64,000 nt of DNA from an uncultured Eubacteriales bacterium (GTDB taxonomy: Bacteria; Acidobacteriota; Aminicenantia; Aminicenantales; Aminicenantaceae), in NCBI GenBank assembly GCA_964514305.1, contig CAZEQD010000002.1, forward strand, positions 21,346-85,345, read 5' to 3'. The notes under the pieces are model-generated. The model was not told the origin of the DNA, made no database searches, and saw nothing but the letters and a program-made list of their open reading frames with translations. The position numbers were made by a program, and so were the translations under genes. Shown here one piece after another: positions 7,314 through 17,627 of the stretch (position 1 is its first letter; each line of letters starts with the position of its first letter).

Positions 7314-9662
7314 ATGATCAATAGAGAAGAAAACCTTCTTAAGTCCTTAAAGATTCTCCAAAAAACTGGAGCTGAAACAGGTTCAATCCGTATTATTAAA
7401 CACATCCCTCCTCAACCAGGAGAATATAGAGACTATCCGCCTGATCTTCATCCGGCCTTGGTCAAAGCTCTTAAAGAAAAGGACTTCTCTAAGCTTTATT
7501 ACCATCAATACCTTTCCTGGCAGCTTCTCCGTCAACGAAAAAATATTGTGGTTGTCACCCCTACTGCTTCGGGAAAAACCCTCTGCTATAATTTGCCAGT
7601 GCTTAATGCTATTCTTGAAAATCCTTCAGCCCGGGCTTTATATCTTTTCCCGACTAAAGCTCTTTCCCAAGATCAGCGAGCAGAGTTGGATGAAATCATC
7701 GCCCTTCTTCCTGAAGAAATAAGAATTTTTACCTACGATGGCGATACACCTCAAGATGCCAGAAAGGCCATCCGGACCAGGGGACATATCATCCTTACCA
7801 ACCCGGATATGCTTCATACAGGTATTCTGCCTCACCACACCAAATGGATAAAATTGTTTGAAAACTTAAAATTCATAGTCATTGACGAACTTCATAACTA
7901 CCGTGGTATCTTTGGCAGTCATTTGGCTAATGTTCTTAGAAGGTTAAAGAGAATTGCTCAATTTTACGGAAGTAAACCCCAATTTATTCTCTCTACAGCC
8001 ACCATCGCCAATCCTTTAGAAATATCTGAAAAAATGATAGAGGAACCAGTTTCAGTAGTTAATCGCAGCGGAGCCCCCAAAGGAGAAAAATATTTCATTT
8101 TCTATAATCCACCTGTTGTTAACAAATTCTTAGGAATTCGGCGTTCTTATATCAATGAATCACGCTGGGTAGCTTCAATTTTTTTAAAAAACCATCTTCA
8201 GACCATTGTTTTTGCCCAAAGCCGCCTCATGACTGAAGTTCTGGTAACTTATCTTAAAGAAGATATCGAAACCAGCGTTGGTCAAGAAGGGCTTATCCGC
8301 GGTTATAGAGGAGGGTATCTTCCTTTAAAACGCCGGCAGATAGAAAAAGAGTTAAGAGAAGGCAAGACAAGAGGAATTGTCTCGACCAATGCTTTAGAAC
8401 TGGGAATTGATATTGGTAGTTTAGATGTGGCTGTTTTAGCCGGATATCCAGGGACAATCTCCAGCACCTGGCAAAGAGCCGGTCGGGCTGGCCGACAAGC
8501 AGGAAAATCGGCTGCTATTTTGGTGGCCTCCAGCTCCCCCCTTGACCAATTCATTATCAACCATCCCCAGTATTTCTTCTCCAAAAACCCAGAAAAAGCT
8601 CTGATAAATCCCGATAATCTTTCTATTCTCATCAGTCATATAGAATGTGCCACTTTTGAACTTCCTTTTATGGATGGTGAAAAATTTGGCAAGGTAGACA
8701 TCACTGAAATCCTTAAATTCTTAGAGGAAGAAAATTTAGTTCACCACTCCCAGAATAAATGGTTCTGGACTTCAGATGCTTATCCAGCCGATGGCGTAAG
8801 CCTGCGCAGTATAAGCTCTGACAATTTTGTGGTGATCGATACTTCCCAAAAACCTCAAGCCATCGCTGAGGTTGATTTTTCCTCAGCCTTAACCACTCTT
8901 CATCCCAAAGCTATTTATATTTGCGAGGGTGAACAATATTTTGTCGAAAAACTCGATTACCAGCAAAGAAAAGCTTATGTCAAAAAGACAGATGTCAATT
9001 ATTTCACCGAGGCCATAGATTATACTAAAATCAAAATCCTTGATATTTTTACCCAAAAGAAATTAGCTCAAGCTCATATCGCCCACGGAGAAGTACATGT
9101 GGCTACTCAAATAGTAGGCTTTAAAAAAATCAAATTCTACACCATGGAAAATTTAGGCGCCGGAGATTTAAGTCTCCCCCAAAACGAGATGCATACTACT
9201 GCTTACTGGCTAAGCATCCCTGCCTCTATTTTTCAAAGTCTATCCTACAGTTCTGAACAAAAAATAAATGGCCTTTTTGGCTTGGCTTATCTTCTTCATC
9301 ATGTCTCACCTCTGTTTCTAATGTGTGATCTTCATGATATTGGTGTCTCTATAGGAGATAACGTAACAGGTATGTCTGTCCCCCCCCGAGATATGCTTTC
9401 TAAAATTGGAAGAAGAGAAGCTCAACTCCTAAGAGAGGCTAAATTTGAGCCCAATATTTTCATCTATGACAATTATCCAGGGGGAATAGGGCTTAGCCCT
9501 TCTCTTTTTGAACTCCAAGAAAAACTTTTCAAACACTGTAAAGAAACAATTGAAGCCTGCCCTTGTCAAGAAGGCTGTCCCTCGTGCGTCGGACCTTCCA
9601 AAGCCCTTGGCACTTTAGCCAAGCAGGTCGCTTTAGAGATTCTGACAAGGTTAATTGCCTAA
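7314..9662 (+). CDS. DEAD/DEAH-box helicase with C-terminal DUF1998-like 4-Cys zinc domain (MrfA/YprA-like; also resembles DISARM DrmA architecture)
   Basis: Walker A TPTASGKT, DEAH-type VIDELH, motif VI QRAGRAGR. C-terminal CPCQEGCPSCV cluster is characteristic of DUF1998/MZB domains. Confidence 0.75.
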   Translation: MINREENLLKSLKILQKTGAETGSIRIIKHIPPQPGEYRDYPPDLHPALVKALKEKDFSKLYYHQYLSWQLLRQRKNIVVVTPTASGKTLCYNLPVLNAILENPSARALYLFPTKALSQDQRAELDEIIALLPEEIRIFTYDGDTPQDARKAIRTRGHIILTNPDMLHTGILPHHTKWIKLFENLKFIVIDELHNYRGIFGSHLANVLRRLKRIAQFYGSKPQFILSTATIANPLEISEKMIEEPVSVVNRSGAPKGEKYFIFYNPPVVNKFLGIRRSYINESRWVASIFLKNHLQTIVFAQSRLMTEVLVTYLKEDIETSVGQEGLIRGYRGGYLPLKRRQIEKELREGKTRGIVSTNALELGIDIGSLDVAVLAGYPGTISSTWQRAGRAGRQAGKSAAILVASSSPLDQFIINHPQYFFSKNPEKALINPDNLSILISHIECATFELPFMDGEKFGKVDITEILKFLEEENLVHHSQNKWFWTSDAYPADGVSLRSISSDNFVVIDTSQKPQAIAEVDFSSALTTLHPKAIYICEGEQYFVEKLDYQQRKAYVKKTDVNYFTEAIDYTKIKILDIFTQKKLAQAHIAHGEVHVATQIVGFKKIKFYTMENLGAGDLSLPQNEMHTTAYWLSIPASIFQSLSYSSEQKINGLFGLAYLLHHVSPLFLMCDLHDIGVSIGDNVTGMSVPPRDMLSKIGRREAQLLREAKFEPNIFIYDNYPGGIGLSPSLFELQEKLFKHCKETIEACPCQEGCPSCVGPSKALGTLAKQVALEILTRLIA

Positions 9663-9694
9663 ATTCAACTCCTTCAGAATTAAAATCTAAATTC

Positions 9695-10351
9695 TTATGA
9701 TTTAATAGAATTAATTTTAGCTAACTGCTTTTCTTCGCCCATGATGATCAATATATCACTATCCTTGATGACAAAATCGGCACGCGGAATAAAAGTTGTT
9801 TTTTCCGGAATCAACTCTTTAATAGCGATTACCTGGATGCCATATTTGTTTCTTAAGTCCAATTCTTTAAGGCTCTTGCCCATGAATTTTTCGGGAGGGG
9901 CTATCTCTTGAATCCCAAGCCCTGAAATAAGAGGGAGATATTCCAGGATATTAGGATTACTTAATTTAAGGGCCGTCTTTAGAGCCATATCCTTCTCTGG
10001 ATAAATTACCTCTGTGGCCCCAACCGCTTCTAAAATTTTAGCATGATCTTCGGTGAGAGCTTTAGCTATTATCCTTTTAACTCCCATTTCATGTAAGTAT
10101 AAAACTGTAAGAATAGAAGATTCCATCTCTGGTCCAGAGCTGACCACAACCACATCCATCTCTCCTACCCCTAAGGCCTGAAGATTTTCTTTAACTGTGG
10201 CATCCATATTAACGGCATGAGAAACAAATGTTTTTACTTCTTCTACCTTTTCTTTATCCTTGTCTACAGCTACTACCTCATTCCCTTTTTCATAAAGAGT
10301 TTTGGCCACATGAGCACCAAAACTTCCAAGACCAATAACTGCAAATTTCAT
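9695..10351 (-). CDS. trkA: Potassium uptake protein TrkA/KtrA (NAD-binding RCK domain)
   Basis: N-terminal Rossmann motif MKFAVIGLGSFGAHVAKTL; ~218 aa with RCK N and C domains; adjacent to trkH/ktrB. Confidence 0.85.
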   Translation of the reverse strand: MKFAVIGLGSFGAHVAKTLYEKGNEVVAVDKDKEKVEEVKTFVSHAVNMDATVKENLQALGVGEMDVVVVSSGPEMESSILTVLYLHEMGVKRIIAKALTEDHAKILEAVGATEVIYPEKDMALKTALKLSNPNILEYLPLISGLGIQEIAPPEKFMGKSLKELDLRNKYGIQVIAIKELIPEKTTFIPRADFVIKDSDILIIMGEEKQLAKINSIKS

Positions 10352-10371
10352 GAAAATAAATCTCCTTTATC

Positions 10372-11766
10372 TTAACCTATCATAACAGTTTCTTCAGCAT
10401 ATTCAAATCTTCCGTATGATTTTTCTCTACTAAAAGCATATAAAAGGGTTAAAGGGCCGATGCGACCGATATACATGGTAAAGATAATAATAATTTTTCC
10501 AAAATCATTCAATCTTGGAGTTATACCTAAAGAAAGACCTACGGTTCCAAAGGCAGAAAAAACTTCAAATAAGATCTCCTTCATTGCCAATCCAGGTTGT
10601 GTCAGGAAAAGCAAAAAGGAAGAAAGGAAAATAATTAATATAGCTAAAGTTACCACCGTAAAGGCTTTAGTCACCAGTTCAACAGGGATGGTGCGGTAAA
10701 AGACATTGACCGATTCTCTGGCCGTAATTTTAGATTTCAGATAAGCAAAAATAACGCCTATAGTACAGGTTTTAACTCCCCCGCCTGTTGATCCAGGAGA
10801 AGCCCCGATAAACATCAACATGATTAAAAGAAAGATTATGGGTAAACTTAAAAGATTTAAATTCAGAGTATTGAAGCCGGCGGTACGGGGGGTGACTATT
10901 TGGAAAAAAGATGAAAAAACTTTATCTTTAAGGGAAAAACCAGCTAAAGCCTGATTCCATTCAACTGCCAGAAAAATGAGGGAGGGAAGTAAAATAAGAA
11001 CTGCAGTAATTATCATAACCAACTCTGTATGAAGAGAAACCTTGATTTTCTTCCTTTTTATGAGCCTAAAAAAAATATTTCTTACTTCATCCAGCACCAG
11101 GAATCCAACTCCTCCTAAAATAATTAACAACATAATAGTCAGGTTTATCCAGATGTCTCCTCTAAAAGAAAGAAAACTGCCACTAAAAAGAGAAAAACCG
11201 GCATTGCAAAAAGCAGAAACTGAATGAAATACAGCTTTACAGATAGATTCTAACCACGAATATTCTCTCAACCAGCGGAAAAAAAGAGAGAAAGCCCCAA
11301 TCCCTTCGAGAATCAGGGTATAAAGAAAAACCCGAGTTATAATAGATTTTATATCTCGGGGGGCAGTGTGGTGAAAATCCTGTTGAACAATTATCCTATC
11401 TTTTATGGAAATTCTTTTGCCGGCAGCCAGGAGAATTAGAGTAGAAAAAGTCATTATGCCTAATCCTCCCAACTGGATAAGAACTAAAATTATTATCTGT
11501 CCAATTGGAGTAAAAAAAGTGGCCGTATCCTGGACAATAAGGCCAGTTACACATACCCCAGAAGTAGATGTAAAAAGAGCATCTACAAAAGATATATGAC
11601 CAGACCGGGTGGCTAGGGGAAGAAGGAGAAGCCCGCTCCCCGCTAAAATAGTAATAATAAAGCTAATAGCCAAGAACTGAGCAGGCTGAAATCTTTTTTC
11701 GCCTTTAATTTTCTTCCTCCTTGCCAAACAAATATCAAATCTATTACTTAAGCTAATTTTTGTCAA
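10372..11766 (-). CDS. trkH: Potassium transporter TrkH/KtrB family membrane protein
   Basis: Polytopic membrane protein with repeated GFxxxGLS selectivity-like segments (GVCVTGL, AGFSLFSG, AGFNTLN, FGTVGLSLG) typical of the Trk/Ktr/HKT family; adjacent to trkA. Confidence 0.8.
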   Translation of the reverse strand: MTKISLSNRFDICLARRKKIKGEKRFQPAQFLAISFIITILAGSGLLLLPLATRSGHISFVDALFTSTSGVCVTGLIVQDTATFFTPIGQIIILVLIQLGGLGIMTFSTLILLAAGKRISIKDRIIVQQDFHHTAPRDIKSIITRVFLYTLILEGIGAFSLFFRWLREYSWLESICKAVFHSVSAFCNAGFSLFSGSFLSFRGDIWINLTIMLLIILGGVGFLVLDEVRNIFFRLIKRKKIKVSLHTELVMIITAVLILLPSLIFLAVEWNQALAGFSLKDKVFSSFFQIVTPRTAGFNTLNLNLLSLPIIFLLIMLMFIGASPGSTGGGVKTCTIGVIFAYLKSKITARESVNVFYRTIPVELVTKAFTVVTLAILIIFLSSFLLFLTQPGLAMKEILFEVFSAFGTVGLSLGITPRLNDFGKIIIIFTMYIGRIGPLTLLYAFSREKSYGRFEYAEETVMIG

Positions 11767-11923
11767 TCAATAGTCAATCATCTCTTATCCTTTCATATTC
11801 AACCATCAGAAAGTATTTCTATATCCGTGGTCAGTGAAGATTTAAAGTTTTTTGAAATGCTTGCCAACCATCATCTTTATTTGACAATGTCCCAGCCATA
11901 TGCTACTTTTTTTGAGGAAAATC

Positions 11924-12586
11924 ATGAATTTCTTCAAACTTGTTCTTGGGGCTGGGGTTGTAGTCCAAACTGTTATCTTTATTCTCGTTCTATTTTCAAT
12001 TTTTTCCTGGGCCATAATTTTCTTTAAAAGAAAAACTCTTAAGTCTGCAGCCTCTCAATCAAAAAAATTCCTAGCACTTTTCAGAAAAAGCAACAATCTG
12101 TCCGATGTCAACGAAGCTGCCAGAAGATATAAGGCAAGTCCCCTGGCCGTGCTTTTTCGGTCTGCTTTTAGAGAACTTTCTTACCAAACAAAATCCAACC
12201 CCAAGCTTACTCTTAATTCGGCTAAGTTAGAAAGCATTAACCGAGCTTTAATTAAAGCTTCCAATCAAGAAATTTCTAGGCTAGAGAAAATGATGAACTT
12301 TTTAGCCACTACCGGCAGTGTAACCCCTTTCATCGGTTTATTTGGAACTGTCTGGGGAATTATGGACGCTTTTCATAGAATTGGCATTGTTCGCTCAGCC
12401 AGCCTAGTAACTGTTGCTCCGGGCATTGCTGAAGCTTTGATTGCCACTGCCGCTGGGCTTTTTGCGGCTATTCCAGCAGTTATTGCTTACAATCATTATC
12501 TGCACCGTATAAAAGACTTAATCACCGAAATGGAAGATTTTTCCATCGAATTTCTGAATTTAGCAGAAAGAATTTATGGCGATTAG
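11924..12586 (+). CDS. tolQ: Tol-Pal system protein TolQ (MotA/TolQ/ExbB proton channel)
   Basis: MotA/ExbB-like 3-TM protein with conserved [12 protein letters not shown] helix. It is the first gene of a tolQ-tolR-tolA-tolB-pal-cpoB array. Start moved to ATG 11924, preceded by GAGGAAAATC (ORF track begins at 11900). Confidence 0.85.
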   Translation: MNFFKLVLGAGVVVQTVIFILVLFSIFSWAIIFFKRKTLKSAASQSKKFLALFRKSNNLSDVNEAARRYKASPLAVLFRSAFRELSYQTKSNPKLTLNSAKLESINRALIKASNQEISRLEKMMNFLATTGSVTPFIGLFGTVWGIMDAFHRIGIVRSASLVTVAPGIAEALIATAAGLFAAIPAVIAYNHYLHRIKDLITEMEDFSIEFLNLAERIYGD

Positions 12587-13010
12587 AAGACATTCCATTT
12601 CTAAAAGACAGATCGGGACTTCTCTCTCTGAAATAAATGTCACCCCGTTAGTCGATGTCATGCTTGTCCTCCTTATAATATTTATGGTCACTGCTCCCAT
12701 GATGCAATCAAGTCTCGGAGTTAACTTGCCTCAGGCTGAAACTGAATCATCACCAGCTGAAGCAGGTCTTACTTTAACCATAACCAAAGACAGGTATATT
12801 CATCTTGAAGATTCGGTAATCAATCAATTTCTTTTGGAGAAAAAGCTAAAAGAATACTTTTTTGGCAAAGAGAAAAAAATTGTTTTTATCAGAGCCGATG
12901 AAAGGTTAACCTATGGTTATGTCATTCGCATTTTAGATATAGTAAAAAAGGCTGGGGTGGAAATAGTAGGCCTGGTCGTCGAACCAGTAGAGGTTAAAGG
13001 AAAAAAATGA
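12576..13010 (+). CDS. tolR: Tol-Pal system protein TolR (ExbD/TolR family)
   Basis: [20 protein letters not shown]-terminal TM helix typical of ExbD/TolR; ~144 aa; gene order. Confidence 0.85.
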   Translation: MAIRRHSISKRQIGTSLSEINVTPLVDVMLVLLIIFMVTAPMMQSSLGVNLPQAETESSPAEAGLTLTITKDRYIHLEDSVINQFLLEKKLKEYFFGKEKKIVFIRADERLTYGYVIRILDIVKKAGVEIVGLVVEPVEVKGKK

Positions 13011-13798
13011 GCCTGACCTCCTTTTCAAACCATGATACACCTTTCCAAAAATACATTATTCTATCCATAATCTTTCATCTTTCCCTTTTCCTTTTAATTC
13101 TTCTTTCCCCTTATTTTCCCAAATCCTCTTCTAAAGGGATGATCCATTATGTTAATCTCATTTCCCTCCCTCAAGGTGGCGGCGGTTCTTCTCTAGGAGG
13201 GAGCAAAGCTTCAGTCACAGCTCTACCTCAAAGAGAAACACTACGAGACTTAACCACTCCACCAAAATTTGAATCTCGCCCATCTTCAACTTTAAGACAT
13301 CCCGTCTCCAAACCTAAGAAAGAAAAAAAAATACCTCCTAAAAAAAAGGCGGTTATTCAAAAACAAGCCCTACCCCCCACTGGACAAGGCAAGGCACAAC
13401 AGGGAACCTCCTCAGGAGTTGGCTCAGGGGTGAGATTAGGTATAGGCAGTGGTCAAGGAACTGGAGGCGGTTTTCAATCCCCATATTCCTCTCAGATTGG
13501 CCTGGCCAGTTTTCCTTTTACTTATTATCTCCAAATAATTATGGACAGAGTCTCCAATAATTGGTTTACCTCTCTGGTTGAGCCTGGCTTAAGAGGAAAA
13601 TTTCAGGTAACAGTCTATTTTAAAATATATAAAAGCGGTCATATATCTGATTTAAAAATAGAAGAATCGAGTGGATTAAGATCGCTTGATCTATCTGCTT
13701 TACGAGCCATTCAAACCTCAGCCCCTTTCCCTCCATTGCCTAAGGAGTACGATGAAGAATATTTAGGCATTCATCTGATATTTGAGCATTCCAAATGA
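13007..13798 (+). CDS. tolA: TolA-like protein with TonB-type C-terminal domain
   Basis: N-terminal TM anchor, Pro/Lys-rich linker ([15 protein letters not shown]), C-terminal TonB-C-like domain. Position between tolR and tolB. Confidence 0.7.
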   Translation: MSLTSFSNHDTPFQKYIILSIIFHLSLFLLILLSPYFPKSSSKGMIHYVNLISLPQGGGGSSLGGSKASVTALPQRETLRDLTTPPKFESRPSSTLRHPVSKPKKEKKIPPKKKAVIQKQALPPTGQGKAQQGTSSGVGSGVRLGIGSGQGTGGGFQSPYSSQIGLASFPFTYYLQIIMDRVSNNWFTSLVEPGLRGKFQVTVYFKIYKSGHISDLKIEESSGLRSLDLSALRAIQTSAPFPPLPKEYDEEYLGIHLIFEHSK

Positions 13799-15084
13799 AA
13801 ATTAAATTTATACTTTTTTTTCTCGCTTTTTTCCTGGGGGGAACCCTCCTTCTTCATCCCCAGCAGGAAGTAGTCTTGAGCATTAAAGAAGGGATGCCAG
13901 CTATTCCTATTGCTATCCCTGAATTTATAATTCACAGTTCTTCTCCTAACCTATCTTCAGCTGCGGCTGATCTCCATCAGGTTATTGTCTCCGACCTGAA
14001 GTATAGTCGTGTCTTCCAGCCTCTGCCCAAAAGTTATTATGATTACATAAGGCCCTTAAATCCCCGTCAAATATTTTTCAAGGATTGGGAGTCCATCCAA
14101 GCTAAAATTCTTTTTGTCGGAGAAGTCTCCTCCTCAAATGAAAACAGCCTTTTTTTTGAAGGAAAGACTTATGATGTCAAGAGTGGTCGATTTATTTTCG
14201 GCAAACGCTATCAAGCTGAAAAATCTCTTCTCCGCCTAGTAGCCCATAAAATGGCTGACGAGATTATGAAAATTTTTGGAGAAAAGACAATTTTTACTTC
14301 TAAAATCGTCTTTATATCTAATAGAGATGGCAATGACGAATTGTACATGATGGACTACGACGGTTATAATCAAACCCGAGTAACTTTTAATAAAGTTAGA
14401 GACTATATGCCAGCATGGTCGGCCGATGGTCAAAAGATAGCTTATACTTCTTACAGAAAAAATAAAGCCGCTCTTTACATTTTAAATCCTTTTGAAGGAA
14501 AAATAACTGAAGTGTTCAACCAGGGAACAAATTATGCTCCTTCTTTCTCTCCAGATGGAAAAAAACTGGCTTTTTGCTCTACTGAAAAAGAGGGAAATCC
14601 TGAAATTTATGTCGCTTCGAGCCAAGGAAAAAAGATCAGGAGATTAACCTTTAATAAAGCAATAGATACAGCTCCTTCTTGGTCACCAACTGGCCGTGAG
14701 ATTGCTTTTACTTCAGACCGAAGCGGGACTCCTCAAATCTACATCATGGATGCTGAAGGCTCAAATGTGCGGCGGATAAGTTTTGGTGGCAGCTACCATG
14801 ATGCACCTAGTTGGTCACCTACGGGTGATCGCATTGCTTATGTCTCTCGAGTAGAACAAATATTTGACATCTATATTCTCAATTTGCGGACAAACCAGAT
14901 TATAAAACTGACCGAAAGCAATGCTCGTAATGAATCTCCCTCCTGGTCTCCTGACGGAAGGCATCTTGTCTTCTCTTCCAACTTATCCGGAACTATTCAA
15001 ATTTATACTATAGATTACGATGGAACCAATTTAAGGCGGCTGACCTCTGTAGGGGAAAATAAGCTGCCTGATTGGTCTCATTAG
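13795..15084 (+). CDS. tolB: Tol-Pal system beta-propeller protein TolB
   Basis: Signal peptide, then repeated WSPDG / SWSPTG / PSWSPDGR beta-propeller motifs (PD40 repeats). Confidence 0.9.
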   Translation: MKIKFILFFLAFFLGGTLLLHPQQEVVLSIKEGMPAIPIAIPEFIIHSSSPNLSSAAADLHQVIVSDLKYSRVFQPLPKSYYDYIRPLNPRQIFFKDWESIQAKILFVGEVSSSNENSLFFEGKTYDVKSGRFIFGKRYQAEKSLLRLVAHKMADEIMKIFGEKTIFTSKIVFISNRDGNDELYMMDYDGYNQTRVTFNKVRDYMPAWSADGQKIAYTSYRKNKAALYILNPFEGKITEVFNQGTNYAPSFSPDGKKLAFCSTEKEGNPEIYVASSQGKKIRRLTFNKAIDTAPSWSPTGREIAFTSDRSGTPQIYIMDAEGSNVRRISFGGSYHDAPSWSPTGDRIAYVSRVEQIFDIYILNLRTNQIIKLTESNARNESPSWSPDGRHLVFSSNLSGTIQIYTIDYDGTNLRRLTSVGENKLPDWSH

Positions 15085-15138
15085 AAACTCAGGGGAAGGT
15101 CCCTAGAAAAGTTTCCCCTAGGTTTCCCTTAAATAGTG

Positions 15139-15169
15139 TTGACAGAGGTTGAGTTTAATTGTATATAAT
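15139..15169 (+). promoter_or_regulatory. Sigma-70-like promoter (TTGACA-N17-TATATA/TATAAT) upstream of pal, internal to the tol-pal cluster
   Basis: ttgacagaggttgagtttaattgtatataat lies 70 bp upstream of the pal start, with the RBS aaaggagg at 15228. Confidence 0.45.
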
Positions 15170-15239
15170 TGTGGGAGAAAAGGTGTAGCGATTTTCGTTA
15201 AGAAATTGACAGATAATAAAAAAATCTAAAGGAGGCCCA

Positions 15240-15794
15240 ATGAAAAAAAGTCTTATTATTTATTTGTCCTTAATGCTGGTTTTTGCTTTCTTCATTTCCT
15301 GTCGGAAAAAAGTAGAGCAAGAACCCCCTCCTCCACCGCCTCAAGTTAAGGAACAGCCAAAAGTTGAAAAAGTTCAAAAGCCGGCCGTAGTTAAAAAACC
15401 AAAATTGACTGAAGAAGAAATATTTATGGCCAAGTCACTTGAAGAAATCAACAAGGAAGCCCCTCTTAAAATGATTCATTTCGATTTTGACCGCTATTTC
15501 ATCCGCGACGATGCTAAGCCTGTCTTAGAAGCGGACGCTCAATGGTTGAAAAAATACCAAACTGTCAAAATCCTCATCGAGGGCCATTGTGATGAAAGGG
15601 GAACTGAAGAGTACAATCTTGCTCTGGGCGAAAAGAGGGCCAAGGCTACTTTTGACTATCTTGTTTCTTTAGGCATTTCTCCCGACAGGATGAAAATCAT
15701 ATCCTATGGCAAAAGCCAACCTTTAGATCCTGGTCACAATGAAGCTGCCTGGGCCAAAAACAGAAGAGCCAAATTTACAATCATAGCTAAATAA
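15240..15794 (+). CDS. pal: Peptidoglycan-associated lipoprotein Pal (OmpA-C domain)
   Basis: Lipoprotein signal with lipobox FISC. OmpA-like C-domain with NLALGEKRAKATFDYLVSLGISPDRM. Confidence 0.9.
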   Translation: MKKSLIIYLSLMLVFAFFISCRKKVEQEPPPPPPQVKEQPKVEKVQKPAVVKKPKLTEEEIFMAKSLEEINKEAPLKMIHFDFDRYFIRDDAKPVLEADAQWLKKYQTVKILIEGHCDERGTEEYNLALGEKRAKATFDYLVSLGISPDRMKIISYGKSQPLDPGHNEAAWAKNRRAKFTIIAK

Positions 15795-15797
15795 TCT

Positions 15798-16655
15798 ATG
15801 AACCGAAAGCTTTCTTCAGGGATATTTCTTATCCTTATTATTCCACTCCTTTTAATGGGGACCGATAAAAGTAAAAAGGCTTACGAATTAATTTACAAAG
15901 ATGTCCAGCTGCTAAAACAAAAAATTATTCAGCTCGAACTAAACATCAAATCTAACTCCGAAGATATTAAGACTATAAAAAAGCAACTTGATGAAATCTT
16001 AAATATTGCCAAACTCCTTCAACAAGAACAGGCAAGTTTTCAGCAAAGCCAGAAAAATATTCCAGCTCAGTATCAAGTCTTGGTTGAAAAAATAGAAACG
16101 ATGAACTCCCAATTTGCCAAATTCGCCGATGAATTAAGGGGAGTAAAACAGGCCTCCCTGCAGCAGTTTGCACGAAAAGAACAGCCGCCCCAAGAATCCA
16201 CCTCTTCTCAACAAAAAGAGGAAAAAGCACTCAAAGAAAAGAAACAACCCCCTCCTACTCCTATTCTGCCCCCAACCATCTCTCCCCAGGAAGTATACAA
16301 TACAGCCTATTCTGACTATTTAAAAGGAAATTTTCAATTAGCCATTGAAGGTTTTTCTCTTTACAGACAACAATTTCAAGAAAGCCCCTTAGCTGATAAT
16401 GCTTTATACTGGATAGGGGAGTGTTATTTCAGCCAGAAAAAATTCCAAGAAGCTATCGACCAGTTTAACGAATTAATACTCAATTATCCTCATGGTGACA
16501 AAGTAGCTGCAGCTTATCTGAAAAAAGGAATAAGCTTAGTAGAATTAGGCAAAAAGGATGAAGCTCTGGCAGTTTTCAAATTATTAATTAGCAAATATCC
16601 TCTTGAAGAAGAAACAAAAATTGCCCAAGAAAAAATAAAGGAATTAATTTCTTAA
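15798..16655 (+). CDS. cpoB: Tol-Pal system protein CpoB/YbgF (coiled-coil + TPR repeats)
   Basis: Signal peptide and N-terminal coiled coil. C-terminal TPR-like repeats (YNTAYSDYLKGNFQLAIEGF...ALYWIGECYFSQKKFQEAI). Last gene of the tol-pal array. Confidence 0.8.
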   Translation: MNRKLSSGIFLILIIPLLLMGTDKSKKAYELIYKDVQLLKQKIIQLELNIKSNSEDIKTIKKQLDEILNIAKLLQQEQASFQQSQKNIPAQYQVLVEKIETMNSQFAKFADELRGVKQASLQQFARKEQPPQESTSSQQKEEKALKEKKQPPPTPILPPTISPQEVYNTAYSDYLKGNFQLAIEGFSLYRQQFQESPLADNALYWIGECYFSQKKFQEAIDQFNELILNYPHGDKVAAAYLKKGISLVELGKKDEALAVFKLLISKYPLEEETKIAQEKIKELIS

Positions 16656-16657
16656 CC

Positions 16658-17110
16658 ATGAGAGATATAAACAGTTTAAACAAAGTTATTCTCATTGGCC
16701 GCCTTGGACAAAGGCCTGAACTAAGATATTTACCTCAAACAGAAAGAGCTGTAGCCAGATTTACTTTGGCCACTAACGAACGCTATTTTAATCCTACCAC
16801 CAACGAAAGCAACGTTAAAGCCGAATGGCATCGGATAGTCGTCTGGGGAAAACTAGCTGAATTTTGCGATAAATACCTTACTCAAGGCAAACAAATTTAT
16901 CTCGAAGGAAAACTTAGAACCCGCAGCTGGCAAGATAAAGAAGGCCGTAAAAGGTTTACGACTGAAATCGAAGCCCAAAATATCATTCTCTTAGGAAAGA
17001 AAGAAGACACAACCATTCCTGAGGAATACTCTCAAGTGGCACCTTCTGAATTTCCTCAGGAAGAAACAGAAACTAAAGATGATCAAGAAGAGGATGAGGT
17101 CCCCTTTTAA
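16658..17110 (+). CDS. ssb: Single-stranded DNA-binding protein
   Basis: OB-fold signature LIGRLGQRPELRYLPQTERAVARFTLATNE...WHRIVVWGKLAE and an acidic C-terminal tail ending DEVPF. Confidence 0.9.
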   Translation: MRDINSLNKVILIGRLGQRPELRYLPQTERAVARFTLATNERYFNPTTNESNVKAEWHRIVVWGKLAEFCDKYLTQGKQIYLEGKLRTRSWQDKEGRKRFTTEIEAQNIILLGKKEDTTIPEEYSQVAPSEFPQEETETKDDQEEDEVPF

Positions 17111-17189
17111 TCCCTGAAAATTGAGCTTAGTCAATAGTAGGATAGCTTGAATTTACAAGCCAAATTGTGGCAGTCATAAAGGAAACCTG

Positions 17190-17582
17190 ATGTTGGAAGA
17201 TGATGAGAAAAAGAAAGAATTGTCTTTTCGAAAACAAATAAAAGAAGATAAGAGACCCTGGGGAAAATTTAGAGCTTATCCCCATCAGCTAGCCAACAGC
17301 ATCAAGATCATTACTATTAATCCAGGTCAAGCTCTCTCTCTTCAATATCACAATCATCGAAGCGAGTTTTGGGTAGTTTTAGATAAAGGGTTAGAGATAA
17401 CAGTTGGAGATAAAGTTTGGCAACCTGAGGAAAACGAAGAAGTATTTATACCCCAAAAAGTTCCTCACCGCCTTCGTTGTTTAGGCCCTAAACAAGCCCG
17501 GGTTATGGAGATTTGGATTGGCCATTCAGATGAAAATGATATCGTCCGTCTCCAAAACGACTATGGACGAAACTTTCCTTAA
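17190..17582 (+). CDS. Cupin-domain protein (mannose-6-phosphate isomerase type II C-terminal-like)
   Basis: Cupin motifs PGQALSLQYHNHRSEFWVVLDG and VFIPQKVPHRL; 130 aa. Confidence 0.65.
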   Translation: MLEDDEKKKELSFRKQIKEDKRPWGKFRAYPHQLANSIKIITINPGQALSLQYHNHRSEFWVVLDKGLEITVGDKVWQPEENEEVFIPQKVPHRLRCLGPKQARVMEIWIGHSDENDIVRLQNDYGRNFP

Positions 17583-17627
17583 GGTAGGATTTATATTTCT
17601 TTAAGCTTATCAGCTATTCAGCCTGGC

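Noticed and set aside
6908-7405. ORF-track ORFs 6908-7129 (+, 73 aa) and 7175-7405 (-, 76 aa), and similarly 56476-56670 (+, 64 aa), as protein-coding genes
   Set aside because: They lie inside copies of the dispersed structured repeat. The ATG in ...taataatgaa... is conserved, but the downstream frame is broken at different places in each copy, so the repeat is non-coding.
11881-11909. TTGACA-N17-TACTTT as the tolQ promoter
   Set aside because: The -35 is perfect but the -10 matches only 3 of 6. Plausible, but too weak to annotate as a feature.
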